Origin: Promethearchaeota archaeon
GTDB taxonomy: Archaea; Asgardarchaeota; Lokiarchaeia; Sigyniarchaeales; SOKP01
Reading direction: 5' to 3'
Assembly: GCA_030599585.1 (NCBI GenBank)
Contig: JAUVNS010000003.1
Location: forward strand, 288,001-352,000
Length of the DNA: 64,000 nucleotides
The position numbers and the translations under genes were made by a program. Below are positions 51,130-60,776 of this stretch, piece after piece. The notes under the pieces are model-generated. The model did not search any database and was not told the origin of the DNA. It was given only the letters and a program-made list of their open reading frames with translations. Every line of letters starts with the position of its first letter. The first letter of the stretch is position 1.

Positions 51130-51369
51130 TTAATCGATATACCCTAGATCTCTTAATCGCTCTTTTACTCTATCTTCTTCGTCTTTTGTAAACGCTTGTT
51201 TTGTCTTTTCATCTTGCTCAATTGAAGATAAAACTTGCCTTAAGACATAGGTTACATAACTAGATACTGAAGAAAAACCAGTCCCTTTCATTCGTTCTTT
51301 TACCTTATCTGCTAAAGGTTTGGGAATAGAAACCGTCGTATATTCAACTTTATGTTCATCGTTAGACAT
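51130..51369 (-). CDS. Ribbon-helix-helix (CopG family) transcriptional regulator
   Basis: YTTVSIPKPL (ribbon), GFSSVSSYVTYVLRQ (helix 2), tail ERLRDLGYID. Confidence 0.88.
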   Translation of the reverse strand: MSNDEHKVEYTTVSIPKPLADKVKERMKGTGFSSVSSYVTYVLRQVLSSIEQDEKTKQAFTKDEEDRVKERLRDLGYID

Positions 51370-51405
51370 TTTTATTTCACTAATTCAAAGTTTAATTTTA
51401 TCAAT

Positions 51406-51455
51406 AATGTATACAAATGATATATAATTATATTTAATTATACATAATTAAAAAA
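51406..51455. promoter_or_regulatory. Five 10-bp-phased AAT(T/G)AT-type units upstream of the RHH-sat operon; candidate operator array
   Basis: aatgtataca aatgatatat aattatattt aattatacat aattaaaaaa; shares TAATTATATTTAAT (51425-51438) with 41430-41443. Confidence 0.55.
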
Positions 51456-51564
51456 CTATTGTACATAATAATTTTTCGCGATTGTCTTGTTCAGAGAAGA
51501 AATCCTTCGTATGTTGTGCCTAATTTATTTTTCAGTTTGATACATTGACTGTTATAGAAATCTA

Positions 51565-54500
51565 TTAATAATTTGCATAATACACCGTTAAATTACCAAA
51601 TTTGTACAATTGGTTCTTGTAGAATAATGGTATTAACTCGCTATAGATATCTATAAACTCTTCAGCCTCTTTCTTATATTCTGTATTCTCTTTTGAAAGA
51701 ATTAAGTATCTAATGTCTTTTTTTCTCAAATATTCAAATATTTTTAAATAATTAAACAAACAATATTCAATTTTAAAATCTGGATTCCAAGTCGCCTTTA
51801 AATCGTCTACCAATATTCTGTAATCAAAATGAGGTGATGAGGTTCCCATAGATAAAAATCCAATATCGGATACATTATTTAGGAAGGCGTAATAACCAAA
51901 TTCAGTTTGATTTATTACTAATTTCCAATGAAATTGATTTAATCCAGAATAATTACTATCCGTGCATTCAAAATAAAATTTCAATTTATACCAAACATTG
52001 TTGGTAATCTCTGAAATTTTTTCAAAAGTACTACCGTTAAAATAATAAAACCCTCCATTTTTTATTTGTAAAGAAAAACCAAGAGCAGATTGATATGAAG
52101 AAAAATTTAACCAAACACTATTACTCTTATTGGATGTTTGTATATAGAACTCAATAGCACCATTATTTTGATAAGAAATAAATTTGAACTGAACCTCGGC
52201 TCTTCCATTAGGATTTTGATCTACAAACTCTAATATATTTTTATGATTAAATATTTCCTCAATCAATTTGATAGAGCAATTGGAAGTTGTCTTTGATATT
52301 ACATCTGGACACTCCAAATATTGCATACCACGCTCCATTTCGGAATGGAGTCGATAGGTACCTCGTCGAGTGATATCTCTTATGCGTGCTACTAAGATTT
52401 TTCGGTCACATAAGAAATTCGAATCTCGGGGGGTATTTTGAGTTACCCAATTAATAACATGAGCTTCTTCGTCGTTTAAAATGCCATCATAATTATACAA
52501 TTTAACACTAGCCATAATTGTGTTAGAAAATGAGAAGACCATTATTATTGATATCAAAATCGCAATTGGAAATGATTTTAAAATTTTATACGGAATTTTA
52601 AAATTCCGAGAATTATACAAGTTAATAATTTTAATTAATCCAATTGAAGCAAAAATAGAGAGAGGGATAATAGTATAGTGCCATATTCTATTAAACCAAT
52701 ATTTCATAATAAAATAATCTTGAGTAGGTAAATTAGCTAGATTTATAAAAGAATACTTAACATAATAGTAGAAAAATAAACTGAAAGCAATTCCCATTAG
52801 TAATAAAAGCCAACTAAACAATATATAGAACAATTTTCTCCTTTTTTTATAACAGAAATACATCATAAAAATCCCAAAAATGCCTATAAAACCTAAATTA
52901 TAAAAGAAAACATGGAGAACATACGTGAAATTACTTAATCCTCTAATAGTTCTTATTAAATTAAGAAGAATTTCCAAAACTAAAAAGCCTAAGAAGATTA
53001 GAGAACTCAGAAAAAAAAAAAATTTTGCATTACTTTTAGAATTCTTATTTCTTCTTCTAGCTAAGTTGCCAAATTTTAATCTAATTAAGTAAAATAAAAA
53101 GTTGAGAAAAAGAAATCCTAATAAGATTGAATAACATAAACAAGAATTAATAATTAAACTATTTTCATAATTTTTATCTATAAGATACATAGGTTCATTT
53201 AAGAATTTGAAGAACTGGCCAACAATTTTCCAACTGAATAATTTATTTCCTATGATATCAAAAAATATAAAGAAAATTGTTAGGAATGAAATAAAAATAA
53301 GATAAGTTTTAAGAAAATGGATGTTTCGCCTATTAACTACTAAAAGGATAAAAATTAATAATAGAGCAGGAATTACCGGAAGATAATATATCATTAAACT
53401 TTGAATTAAAAAAAAAGCTGCTAATGCGATTAAGAGTAATTTTTCAATTTTTTGCTTTAAATTCTTAATGTGTGTATCATTTCTTTTTTTAATTAAGATA
53501 AGAAAAAGAGCTATAGAAACGGTAAATAATATATTTGCAAAACTTTTATATCGAAATACCAAAAATGCGTCGTAAGTGAACAGAGATGTAAATTTTTCTT
53601 CGATTTGTGGATTAATAAAATAAAATAAGTAAGAGAATGTAACAGCAAAAATAGCCGATAGAATGGCATAAATCTTTTTGAAGTCAATTAATAATGATCT
53701 CATTAATAAATATAGAGATGTAATTGACAAATATATGAAAGGAAACAACATGACACTCATATTAACTGCAGGAATTCCACCTAATGTGCTAATACTATAT
53801 GTTATATAACCCCAATATGGTGAATACCAATAAAAATAATCTCTTAGCGTCGTATCTTGGCGTCCGACAAAATCAGAGAAATCCATTATTCTATAGAAAT
53901 CTGTATCATAAAGGTATTTTGCATTCAAATGCATGTTAATTGTAATAATTATTATGCTAATTGCTAAAAACAATATCAGGAGTGAACTTCTTGATAAAAT
54001 TACCTTAGCATTATCATGAAATATTATCTTTTTTCGATATATTTGAAGAATTAGGCTCAAGGAGTATGAAATTAGGATGAAGAAAAATAACATTATAGAA
54101 AAATACATTCTTTGTAATCCAAGTTGATCCAAGATTAAAGTTAGACTTCCAAGCACAGCAAATGATATTACGGGGTAAAAAACTAATTTAACTAAAATAG
54201 GGTCAACACCAAACCTTTCGTGAATAGTATTATTCGGAAGGAATATTTTAAAAATACATGATCCTAAAACAAAACTACATCCAATTAAAAATACAATCGC
54301 CCTAAATATATTAAGAAGGGAAATTCGACTCCATTCTATAATCATTTCAGAATTTGGAACTGGAGGGATAAAAAATGTTATAACCATTAAAATTATTAAT
54401 ATGAAATTTATTAAATCCTCATTTATGACTCTAAAATTTAATGAAATTCCAGTGTCTTCAAATTTTTTCATGTTTATAAAGAAATAGAATACTCCAATTA

Positions 54501-54654
54501 TAAAAAGGGCAAAACCGATCATTGATAAAATTGGAACTTCATAATTGAATGGAGATAATATCACATTTATGAGAAAAAGAAAGTAGAGAACGATAAATGT
54601 AATTATAAAGGTAGGTATAAAGAATCTTTTATCGATCGTCAAAACCCTTCTCAA
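51565..54654 (-). CDS. Large polytopic membrane protein, GT-C/STT3-like, with an inserted beta-sandwich (LamG/ConA-like) domain
   Basis: Many TM helices, acidic loop YDTDFY, INWVTQNTPRDS, insert with NNVWYKLKFYFEC...WKLVIN, ending YLRKKDIRYLI...LYKFGNLTVY. Confidence 0.6.
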   Translation of the reverse strand: MRRVLTIDKRFFIPTFIITFIVLYFLFLINVILSPFNYEVPILSMIGFALFIIGVFYFFINMKKFEDTGISLNFRVINEDLINFILIILMVITFFIPPVPNSEMIIEWSRISLLNIFRAIVFLIGCSFVLGSCIFKIFLPNNTIHERFGVDPILVKLVFYPVISFAVLGSLTLILDQLGLQRMYFSIMLFFFILISYSLSLILQIYRKKIIFHDNAKVILSRSSLLILFLAISIIIITINMHLNAKYLYDTDFYRIMDFSDFVGRQDTTLRDYFYWYSPYWGYITYSISTLGGIPAVNMSVMLFPFIYLSITSLYLLMRSLLIDFKKIYAILSAIFAVTFSYLFYFINPQIEEKFTSLFTYDAFLVFRYKSFANILFTVSIALFLILIKKRNDTHIKNLKQKIEKLLLIALAAFFLIQSLMIYYLPVIPALLLIFILLVVNRRNIHFLKTYLIFISFLTIFFIFFDIIGNKLFSWKIVGQFFKFLNEPMYLIDKNYENSLIINSCLCYSILLGFLFLNFLFYLIRLKFGNLARRRNKNSKSNAKFFFFLSSLIFLGFLVLEILLNLIRTIRGLSNFTYVLHVFFYNLGFIGIFGIFMMYFCYKKRRKLFYILFSWLLLLMGIAFSLFFYYYVKYSFINLANLPTQDYFIMKYWFNRIWHYTIIPLSIFASIGLIKIINLYNSRNFKIPYKILKSFPIAILISIIMVFSFSNTIMASVKLYNYDGILNDEEAHVINWVTQNTPRDSNFLCDRKILVARIRDITRRGTYRLHSEMERGMQYLECPDVISKTTSNCSIKLIEEIFNHKNILEFVDQNPNGRAEVQFKFISYQNNGAIEFYIQTSNKSNSVWLNFSSYQSALGFSLQIKNGGFYYFNGSTFEKISEITNNVWYKLKFYFECTDSNYSGLNQFHWKLVINQTEFGYYAFLNNVSDIGFLSMGTSSPHFDYRILVDDLKATWNPDFKIEYCLFNYLKIFEYLRKKDIRYLILSKENTEYKKEAEEFIDIYSELIPLFYKNQLYKFGNLTVYYANY

Positions 54655-54702
54655 ACAACTTCTTTTAATTTTTTTTAAAATTTCTGATAAGTGCTCTTTT
54701 TT

Positions 54703-55242
54703 TTAATGAAACTTTCCTTCTTTTTTGAGTGTTTCATAATGTTCCTTATTTCTGTATTTGAATACCTTTGCTGGATGACCTCCTGCAATCCCATATTTTG
54801 GAATATCACTTACAACTACGCTCCCTGCTTGAATAATTGCGCCCTCTCCTATTGTTATTCCGGGAAGAATAGTTGATCGAGACCCTATCCAGACATTATC
54901 ACCGATAATTATATCTTTATAAACATAACCCTTATAAGGGAGCGCTTCTCCTTCATAGTTATGGTTTCGAGTAATAAAGAGAATATCATCTCCAGAATGG
55001 AAATTATCCCCAATTACAACCTTTCCATCGGCTCTTATCACTAGACCGTTGAAACTACAATTTTTCCCTAAGTGCGTCCTTTTATTTAACTTAGTATTAG
55101 AATATGGTCTTATTCTAGGTTTTGACTTATAAGAAGCGATTATTTTCAAATTTCTTTTTAATACCCATTTAGGATCAATATATTTTAATAGGGAATCTCT
55201 TAATATTTTAAGACTTCTAAATTTTTTTCTCGTCAATTTCAA
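54703..55242 (-). CDS. Hexapeptide-repeat (LbH) sugar O-acetyltransferase
   Basis: VVIGDNF, TRNHNY, IIIGDNVWIG, ILPGITIGEGAIIQAGSVV, GGHPAK. Confidence 0.9.
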   Translation of the reverse strand: MKLTRKKFRSLKILRDSLLKYIDPKWVLKRNLKIIASYKSKPRIRPYSNTKLNKRTHLGKNCSFNGLVIRADGKVVIGDNFHSGDDILFITRNHNYEGEALPYKGYVYKDIIIGDNVWIGSRSTILPGITIGEGAIIQAGSVVVSDIPKYGIAGGHPAKVFKYRNKEHYETLKKEGKFH

Positions 55243-55296
55243 TCAATTCCAATACTCTAAATTTTTATTTATTTTATGACTATATTTTTAAGATTA

Positions 55297-56178
55297 TTAA
55301 TCCCAATTAAAATCTCTTTCTAAATACTCATACAACTCTTTATTATGGGGTTCAAAAAATTCTTTTAAATTTTGCATCGTTTTCTCATTCATCTTTTTAC
55401 CTTTTGCGTCGGAATGATACTTACGATACTCTATATGGCTCCATTTTGGTAAATTGAGAAAATTAATAACATTTTTTACTACTTCTTTAGGGTTATCAAA
55501 TAAGTCCTCACTTCTTATTATTAAAATCTGCTCTTTATTGAAATATTTAAACCAAATCCTTATTTGTTTTAAGTAAATACTCCTAGTTAAATAAGCAAAG
55601 GCAGGAAAACGTGAGCTCCTATAAAATTCATCTTTCAAAATCTTATTATACTCATCTTTTGTTCTCTCATCTTCTTTTTTTATGGCTTCTTCAAAAGTAA
55701 ATTTTTCTCTACCACTTTTTAAAGTATGAAAATATTGTGAAAAAGATCGGTTAACAGGATTTCTTAATAACATAATAATTTTTATGTGAGGAAGTTGTGA
55801 ATAAACTCTTTTAGCAACATGAGGGTGGAGTATGTAATAGGGTGATGCTTCGCCAGTAACAAAATCACGATGGCAGAATTTCTCCATAAAATACTTATAA
55901 ATTTTAGTAGGGAAATACGACCTATACCAAACTAAACCTTTTTTAAAATTTGAATCAAAGTATCTAACCTCTTTTCTAAAAGAAGGTATTATTGAAGGAT
56001 GACTTACTAGATAATTGTATAAGGATGTTGTTCCTGCTTTTTGGGCTCCAACTATTAGAAAATCTGGTAAAACCCTTATTGGACCAGTTATCAATCGGAT
56101 TGAATGAACAAAAACTTCGATAGTTCCGTTTATTATATTATGAATTTTTTTTAAAATTTTCATACCTAGCTTTACCAA
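55297..56178 (-). CDS. PAPS-dependent sulfotransferase, heparan sulfate 3-O-/N-sulfotransferase-like
   Basis: PDFLIVGAQKAGTTSL (5'-PSB loop), KEVRYFD, GEASPYY, LRNPVNRSFSQY (3'-PB), FFEPHN.ELY. Confidence 0.9.
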   Translation of the reverse strand: MVKLGMKILKKIHNIINGTIEVFVHSIRLITGPIRVLPDFLIVGAQKAGTTSLYNYLVSHPSIIPSFRKEVRYFDSNFKKGLVWYRSYFPTKIYKYFMEKFCHRDFVTGEASPYYILHPHVAKRVYSQLPHIKIIMLLRNPVNRSFSQYFHTLKSGREKFTFEEAIKKEDERTKDEYNKILKDEFYRSSRFPAFAYLTRSIYLKQIRIWFKYFNKEQILIIRSEDLFDNPKEVVKNVINFLNLPKWSHIEYRKYHSDAKGKKMNEKTMQNLKEFFEPHNKELYEYLERDFNWD

Positions 56179-56280
56179 ATTTACTATTTAGATTAATTAA
56201 ACTAATCTAAGGTGTAATTTACATATGTTCTCTTTATTAATTTAAAATTAACTTATTCTATTAAAATTTACTCCCAAACT

Positions 56281-56390
56281 AATCTTGAAAATTTAAATGG
56301 ATCAAGGTTATTAAAGAATTTAATAAACCAAAAATTATCTTTCTTATTATAAATTCATAGTTTAATAAGAAATATCTCTTCTTAAAGCAT
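56281..56390. repeat. Non-coding ~110-bp direct repeat, copy 1 (copy 2 at 63252-63360)
   Basis: Last 80 nt match copy 2 at 69/80 by manual alignment; contains BRE/TATA-like AAAGAA-TTTAATAAA. Confidence 0.85.
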
Positions 56391-56508
56391 TTAGAGAAAA
56401 TATTCAATATTTATTACTTAAAGGACCATTCGATTGATTTAATAAAAAATTTTAACTGATAAAAAATTTCTTAGAACTTATAGGGAAGAAAGAATCTCGT
56501 ATGTTCAA

Positions 56509-57867
56509 CTATAATTTAATATTCTTCATAACTTTATTAATTAATTTTAATTCTTTGTTCTCATTATAAATTTCCTTTTCCATATCGATGTGCTCCAATA
56601 AAATTCTTTCAAAATTTAACACCAAATCAATGTTTTCTTCATATAAATTCTCAGTTTCCTTAGGATCTTCTCTTAAATTGAATAATTTCTTAATTTTCTT
56701 GTCGAAATCTAAAATTAATTTCCAATTTTCAGTTCTATAAGATATTAGTCTTGAACCTTCTTCGAGTGAAAGTTTCACTTTTCCATTTTTAGCTAAAGAC
56801 TCAGTAATAACCCCTTCACATAAATGACCATTAGATTTGTTCTTCAATAAAGGGTAGAAGCTTCTTCCTTTAAATTGAGTTTTTTCATCAACTTTTAAAT
56901 ATTCAAGAATAGTTGGGGCTAGATCGATTAGTGATACTAGATTATCCAATTTTACTCCTTCAGGTAATTCTGGACCCTTTATTAATAAGGGCACATGGAT
57001 TAATTCTTCGTACAACTTTGCTTGGTGACTGAAACCTCCGTGTTCTCTGAATTCTTCCCCATGGTCAGCTGTTATGATAATTAATGAATTATCGTATAGA
57101 TTCATTTCCTTTAATTTAGAAAAGAGTTTACCTATTTCGTTATCTACATACTTAACTGTTCCACTATAGATACTAATTATTTCTTGTATTTTTTTTTTCG
57201 ATATATTTGAGGGATTTTTGCTGAGGATTCCTTCTAATTTAGCTAATTTCCGAAAACTTACAGTTCTATATTCTTCTGGGGGTAAAAAGGGATGATGTGT
57301 GTCCATATAATGGATCCATAAAAAAAACTTGTTTTCTACTTGCTCTAACCAATCAGTTGCTTTCTTATTAATACTGTGAGCTGGTTTATAAGGAATTTTT
57401 ATTTTATATTTGGAATTTAAAACACTTAGAATTTTTTTAGCTAAATTTTTCAATATTTTATATCTTTTTATAAAATTCCGTAGAGATCCTGATTTTTTAT
57501 AATCAACATTTTCATCTGAAATACTATCATAAAAATAATCAAAAAACTTATCATAATTATAAACTTTACTTAAATAAGGGTTTGAATGAAATCCTGCCGT
57601 AATATAACCTTTTCTCTTTAAAATTTCAGTTATTGAAATCCTTGACGAAGAAATTTTAGGAAAATTCTCATCCATTAAAGCATATGTAGATGTAAAAATC
57701 GATGGAAAAGAGAAAGGAGTTGATGGGCCATTGACAATAGCTTGAGATAAAGATATACCCTTTTCTGCAAATTTATCTAAATTTGGAGTTAGGTTTTCGC
57801 TACTACCTAAGCATCCTAAGAAATCAGCTCTTAAACAATCTATTGTTAGTAATATCACATTTGTCAT
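56509..57867 (-). CDS. Sulfatase-like hydrolase/transferase
   Basis: NVILLTIDCLRAD, FFLWIHYMDTHHP, TADHGEEF.EHG, LYEELIHVPL, DLAPTIL, LFNL..DP.E. Confidence 0.88.
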   Translation of the reverse strand: MTNVILLTIDCLRADFLGCLGSSENLTPNLDKFAEKGISLSQAIVNGPSTPFSFPSIFTSTYALMDENFPKISSSRISITEILKRKGYITAGFHSNPYLSKVYNYDKFFDYFYDSISDENVDYKKSGSLRNFIKRYKILKNLAKKILSVLNSKYKIKIPYKPAHSINKKATDWLEQVENKFFLWIHYMDTHHPFLPPEEYRTVSFRKLAKLEGILSKNPSNISKKKIQEIISIYSGTVKYVDNEIGKLFSKLKEMNLYDNSLIIITADHGEEFREHGGFSHQAKLYEELIHVPLLIKGPELPEGVKLDNLVSLIDLAPTILEYLKVDEKTQFKGRSFYPLLKNKSNGHLCEGVITESLAKNGKVKLSLEEGSRLISYRTENWKLILDFDKKIKKLFNLREDPKETENLYEENIDLVLNFERILLEHIDMEKEIYNENKELKLINKVMKNIKL

Positions 57868-57879
57868 AATACATAAATC

Positions 57880-58971
57880 TCAATTATGGAAGTTTTTATT
57901 TACAAATTTGATTTTATCATATGTGATAATATCATCTTCTTTTAAATCTTCTAAAGCTGTTCCTCCAACAACATAATCAAGCATAAAGGGGGGAATTCCT
58001 GTACCTGGTCTTTTGAAAGTTATCATTTCATCAGTTATTATATCTCCTTTTGAGATATCCTGATTAGCAATTAAACTCCTTCTAGCATGAGTCCTCGAAT
58101 TCATTTCGCAAGGAAGTGGTTGTTTATGATACTTTCCACTGATTTTTTGAACAAATCTTATCTTTACTATTAGATTTTGCAAATCTAATGGGTCCATCGA
58201 ATGATAATGATCATTTCCTGGAAGACTTTTATCAAGTGTAAAATGTTTTTCTATAATTTTAGCACCGTAAGTATAAGCGATAGTAGGAACTAGCATTGAA
58301 TCATCAGGTTTAGTATGATCAGAAAAACCTAATATGTATTCAGGGTAAATATTACCAAGATGTTTAATCATGTTAAGATTCGCATCTTTGTATTTTGTAG
58401 GGTAATCTAATATACAATGGAATAAACATATTTCATTATTCCCCGTAGATTTGATCGTATTTATCGCCCTTTCAATCTCTCCTAGTGTTGCAGCTCCAGT
58501 TGATAAGAATATGGGTTTTTTTTTATTTGCAACATATTCAATAAAAGGAGTATTTGTTAAATCTGAAGAGGATATTTTAAATATTGGCATCAAATCATCT
58601 AAGTAATCTGCAGCACTAAAATCAAATGGTGTAGATAGAAACATTAAGTTCTTTTTAGTGCAAAATTCTGAAAGTTCCTTATACTCTTCAAAGCCAAATT
58701 TATCATATTTCTTAAATAATTTGTATTGAGAATCAGTAGGTTCTTCTTTTAAATCCCAATATGCTGGAGCATGTTTGGACACGATCTTCTCGGTTTTATA
58801 AGTTTGGAATTTTACAGCATCTGCCCCCTTTTCTTTTACTTCTTTAATCATCTTTTTAGCAGCATTTAATAAAGTAAGGTTTTCTTTATCAGCGATATCA
58901 TAGTAATTCACGCCTATATCTGCTATTATGAAAAATCCATTTTCCTCTATTGTTTGCTTATAATCTTTCAC
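57880..58971 (-). CDS. neuB: NeuB-family nonulosonic acid synthase with C-terminal SAF/AFP domain
   Basis: DAVKFQTY, STPFD, KISS.D, LSTG, HC..YPT, GFSDHT, IEKHFTLD, NDH, RRS, KRPGTGI. Confidence 0.88.
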   Translation of the reverse strand: MKDYKQTIEENGFFIIADIGVNYYDIADKENLTLLNAAKKMIKEVKEKGADAVKFQTYKTEKIVSKHAPAYWDLKEEPTDSQYKLFKKYDKFGFEEYKELSEFCTKKNLMFLSTPFDFSAADYLDDLMPIFKISSSDLTNTPFIEYVANKKKPIFLSTGAATLGEIERAINTIKSTGNNEICLFHCILDYPTKYKDANLNMIKHLGNIYPEYILGFSDHTKPDDSMLVPTIAYTYGAKIIEKHFTLDKSLPGNDHYHSMDPLDLQNLIVKIRFVQKISGKYHKQPLPCEMNSRTHARRSLIANQDISKGDIITDEMITFKRPGTGIPPFMLDYVVGGTALEDLKEDDIITYDKIKFVNKNFHN

Positions 58972-60638
58972 TTCTTTACCATCTCTTCATATTTTTCATA
59001 TTCACTAAAAATTAATCCTAATACGTTACTAATACCAGACCGTAGATTATTCTCCAACATTAATATGTTATTCTTTTTACGTAAATCATAATCATTTATT
59101 AATCTAATAAGAGCACTTTTAATTTCATCATCTGGTATTTTTGTACCTAATCCAACATTAATTATCCCATTCTCTTCGCTTGCGAAAGTATGGAGTAAAC
59201 CTCTTTCATTTTCTACTAATACAATTGTAGGAACTCCAATAGAGGCTAATTCATATACAGTTCTTCCTGCAGCAGTTAACGCAATATCTGCCTCATACAT
59301 ATATTTACTTATATGGTTGATATGTTGCTTTACATTCACTTCGAAACTATAGTCTTTAGATTTTTGCTTTAATTTTTCAGCATTTTTATATCCTAGACCC
59401 AATATAGCATTTACTTTTAGATCCTTAATCTTTAAACTCTCAAGAATATCCAATATCTTCTCAGTATAATTATTTGGATCAGTTCCACCATAACTGATAA
59501 TGATATTTGTAACTTCTTTAGATATTCTTCTTCTACCCACAAGATGAAATTCTTCTCTTAAAATATAGTAATCCTTACCCCAGTAGTGATTTTCAAGAAA
59601 ATTTTTCCTTACATACAAAGCGTTAATAACTAAATCTGCAACTTTAGCACCTTCTCCTAAATCCTCAAAGTTTATAATGAAAATTCCTTTTTCTTTTAAA
59701 AATTTTATGTATTCTATATCTGTGTCCAAAATGTCATTAATAACTATAAAGGGTTTGAATTCTGATATGATTTTATCAAATTCTCCTTTTTTATCAAAAG
59801 TAGCTAGCTTAAAATTGTTTTCCTTAATGATTTTAGTACCGAGGTCATATTCTTGCTTAGTAACAAATAATAACTCGTGATCTATCAGTTGAGTAGCAAG
59901 TGCTAAAGTTCTATATATATGTCCCAAACCAATTTTGTTATACCCATCAACTCTTATTAGAATTCTTTTACGTTTGAGAAATTTTTCTGCCATCCACCAA
60001 TCTATATGGTTTTTTATAAGAATATTTTCAGGAAGTGTGAGTTCTATTAATTTTACATTTTTGGTGATTAAATTTTGATGTTGTAGCAGAGTTTCCTTTT
60101 TAGAAATAATAATTTCACTAATTTCTTGTAATTTGCGTCTGTGATTTCGATCTTTTTCTTTTTGATATAATTTTGTACCAAAACCTTTAGAATCTTCAAT
60201 CCATAACTTTAGATGAGGTTCTTCATTATATTGAACCGATAATGCCGAATCTTTTTGTGAAGAAATTAACTCCTCAATGGATTTATCGATAGTTTCTGTT
60301 TTTATTAACGGGCAGTTTGGAAACAGGATCACAAGATAATCGTATTGTTTTTGCTCCTTTACTTCAATCTCCTTAAGTAAAACTGTAGACAGAATATTCA
60401 AATCGTAGTTTTTTTCTAAAATTAATTCTTTTTCAGTAATAACTTTTAATGCGTTGATCTCCGTAATGTGAGCAACATTTTCATCATCAGTATAATAATA
60501 AATGTCATCTATATACTTAGATTTCTTTGCGATATCATTCGCGTATAATATTAACGGTTTTTTTACTAAGAACCGTGAAAACATTTTGGGTATTGCTTCA
60601 TTTCTTATTAAAACGGGTATTATTGCTAATATATTCAT
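58968..60638 (-). CDS. Fusion: degenerate acylneuraminate cytidylyltransferase domain + PseG/SpsG-like UDP-sugar hydrolase
   Basis: N-terminal ILAIIP...KPLI...PNCPL; C-terminal RVDG...IGLGHIYRT, FEDLG, ILREEF, YGGTDP, AAGRTVYEL...GVP. Confidence 0.8.
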   Translation of the reverse strand: MNILAIIPVLIRNEAIPKMFSRFLVKKPLILYANDIAKKSKYIDDIYYYTDDENVAHITEINALKVITEKELILEKNYDLNILSTVLLKEIEVKEQKQYDYLVILFPNCPLIKTETIDKSIEELISSQKDSALSVQYNEEPHLKLWIEDSKGFGTKLYQKEKDRNHRRKLQEISEIIISKKETLLQHQNLITKNVKLIELTLPENILIKNHIDWWMAEKFLKRKRILIRVDGYNKIGLGHIYRTLALATQLIDHELLFVTKQEYDLGTKIIKENNFKLATFDKKGEFDKIISEFKPFIVINDILDTDIEYIKFLKEKGIFIINFEDLGEGAKVADLVINALYVRKNFLENHYWGKDYYILREEFHLVGRRRISKEVTNIIISYGGTDPNNYTEKILDILESLKIKDLKVNAILGLGYKNAEKLKQKSKDYSFEVNVKQHINHISKYMYEADIALTAAGRTVYELASIGVPTIVLVENERGLLHTFASEENGIINVGLGTKIPDDEIKSALIRLINDYDLRKKNNILMLENNLRSGISNVLGLIFSEYEKYEEMVKK

Positions 60639-60776
60639 TTTATATTTTCAAATCTAGGCTTAAATTTTTATTATTTAACTCCATTAAGGTATTCCCTTCT
60701 CTTAAAAATTCAAAATAACCTTTAAATCTTAGCAAAAAGGCTTCTATGATGTTTCAGATGCCTTAATATTTCGATT

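Noticed and set aside
11934-53022. Homopolymer A/T runs of 11-12 nt inside glycan genes (11934-11944, 20150-20161, 22604-22614, 53011-53022) as phase-variation switches
   Set aside because: All frames are intact and such runs are expected in very AT-rich Lys/Phe-rich genes. Read-level length variation would be needed.
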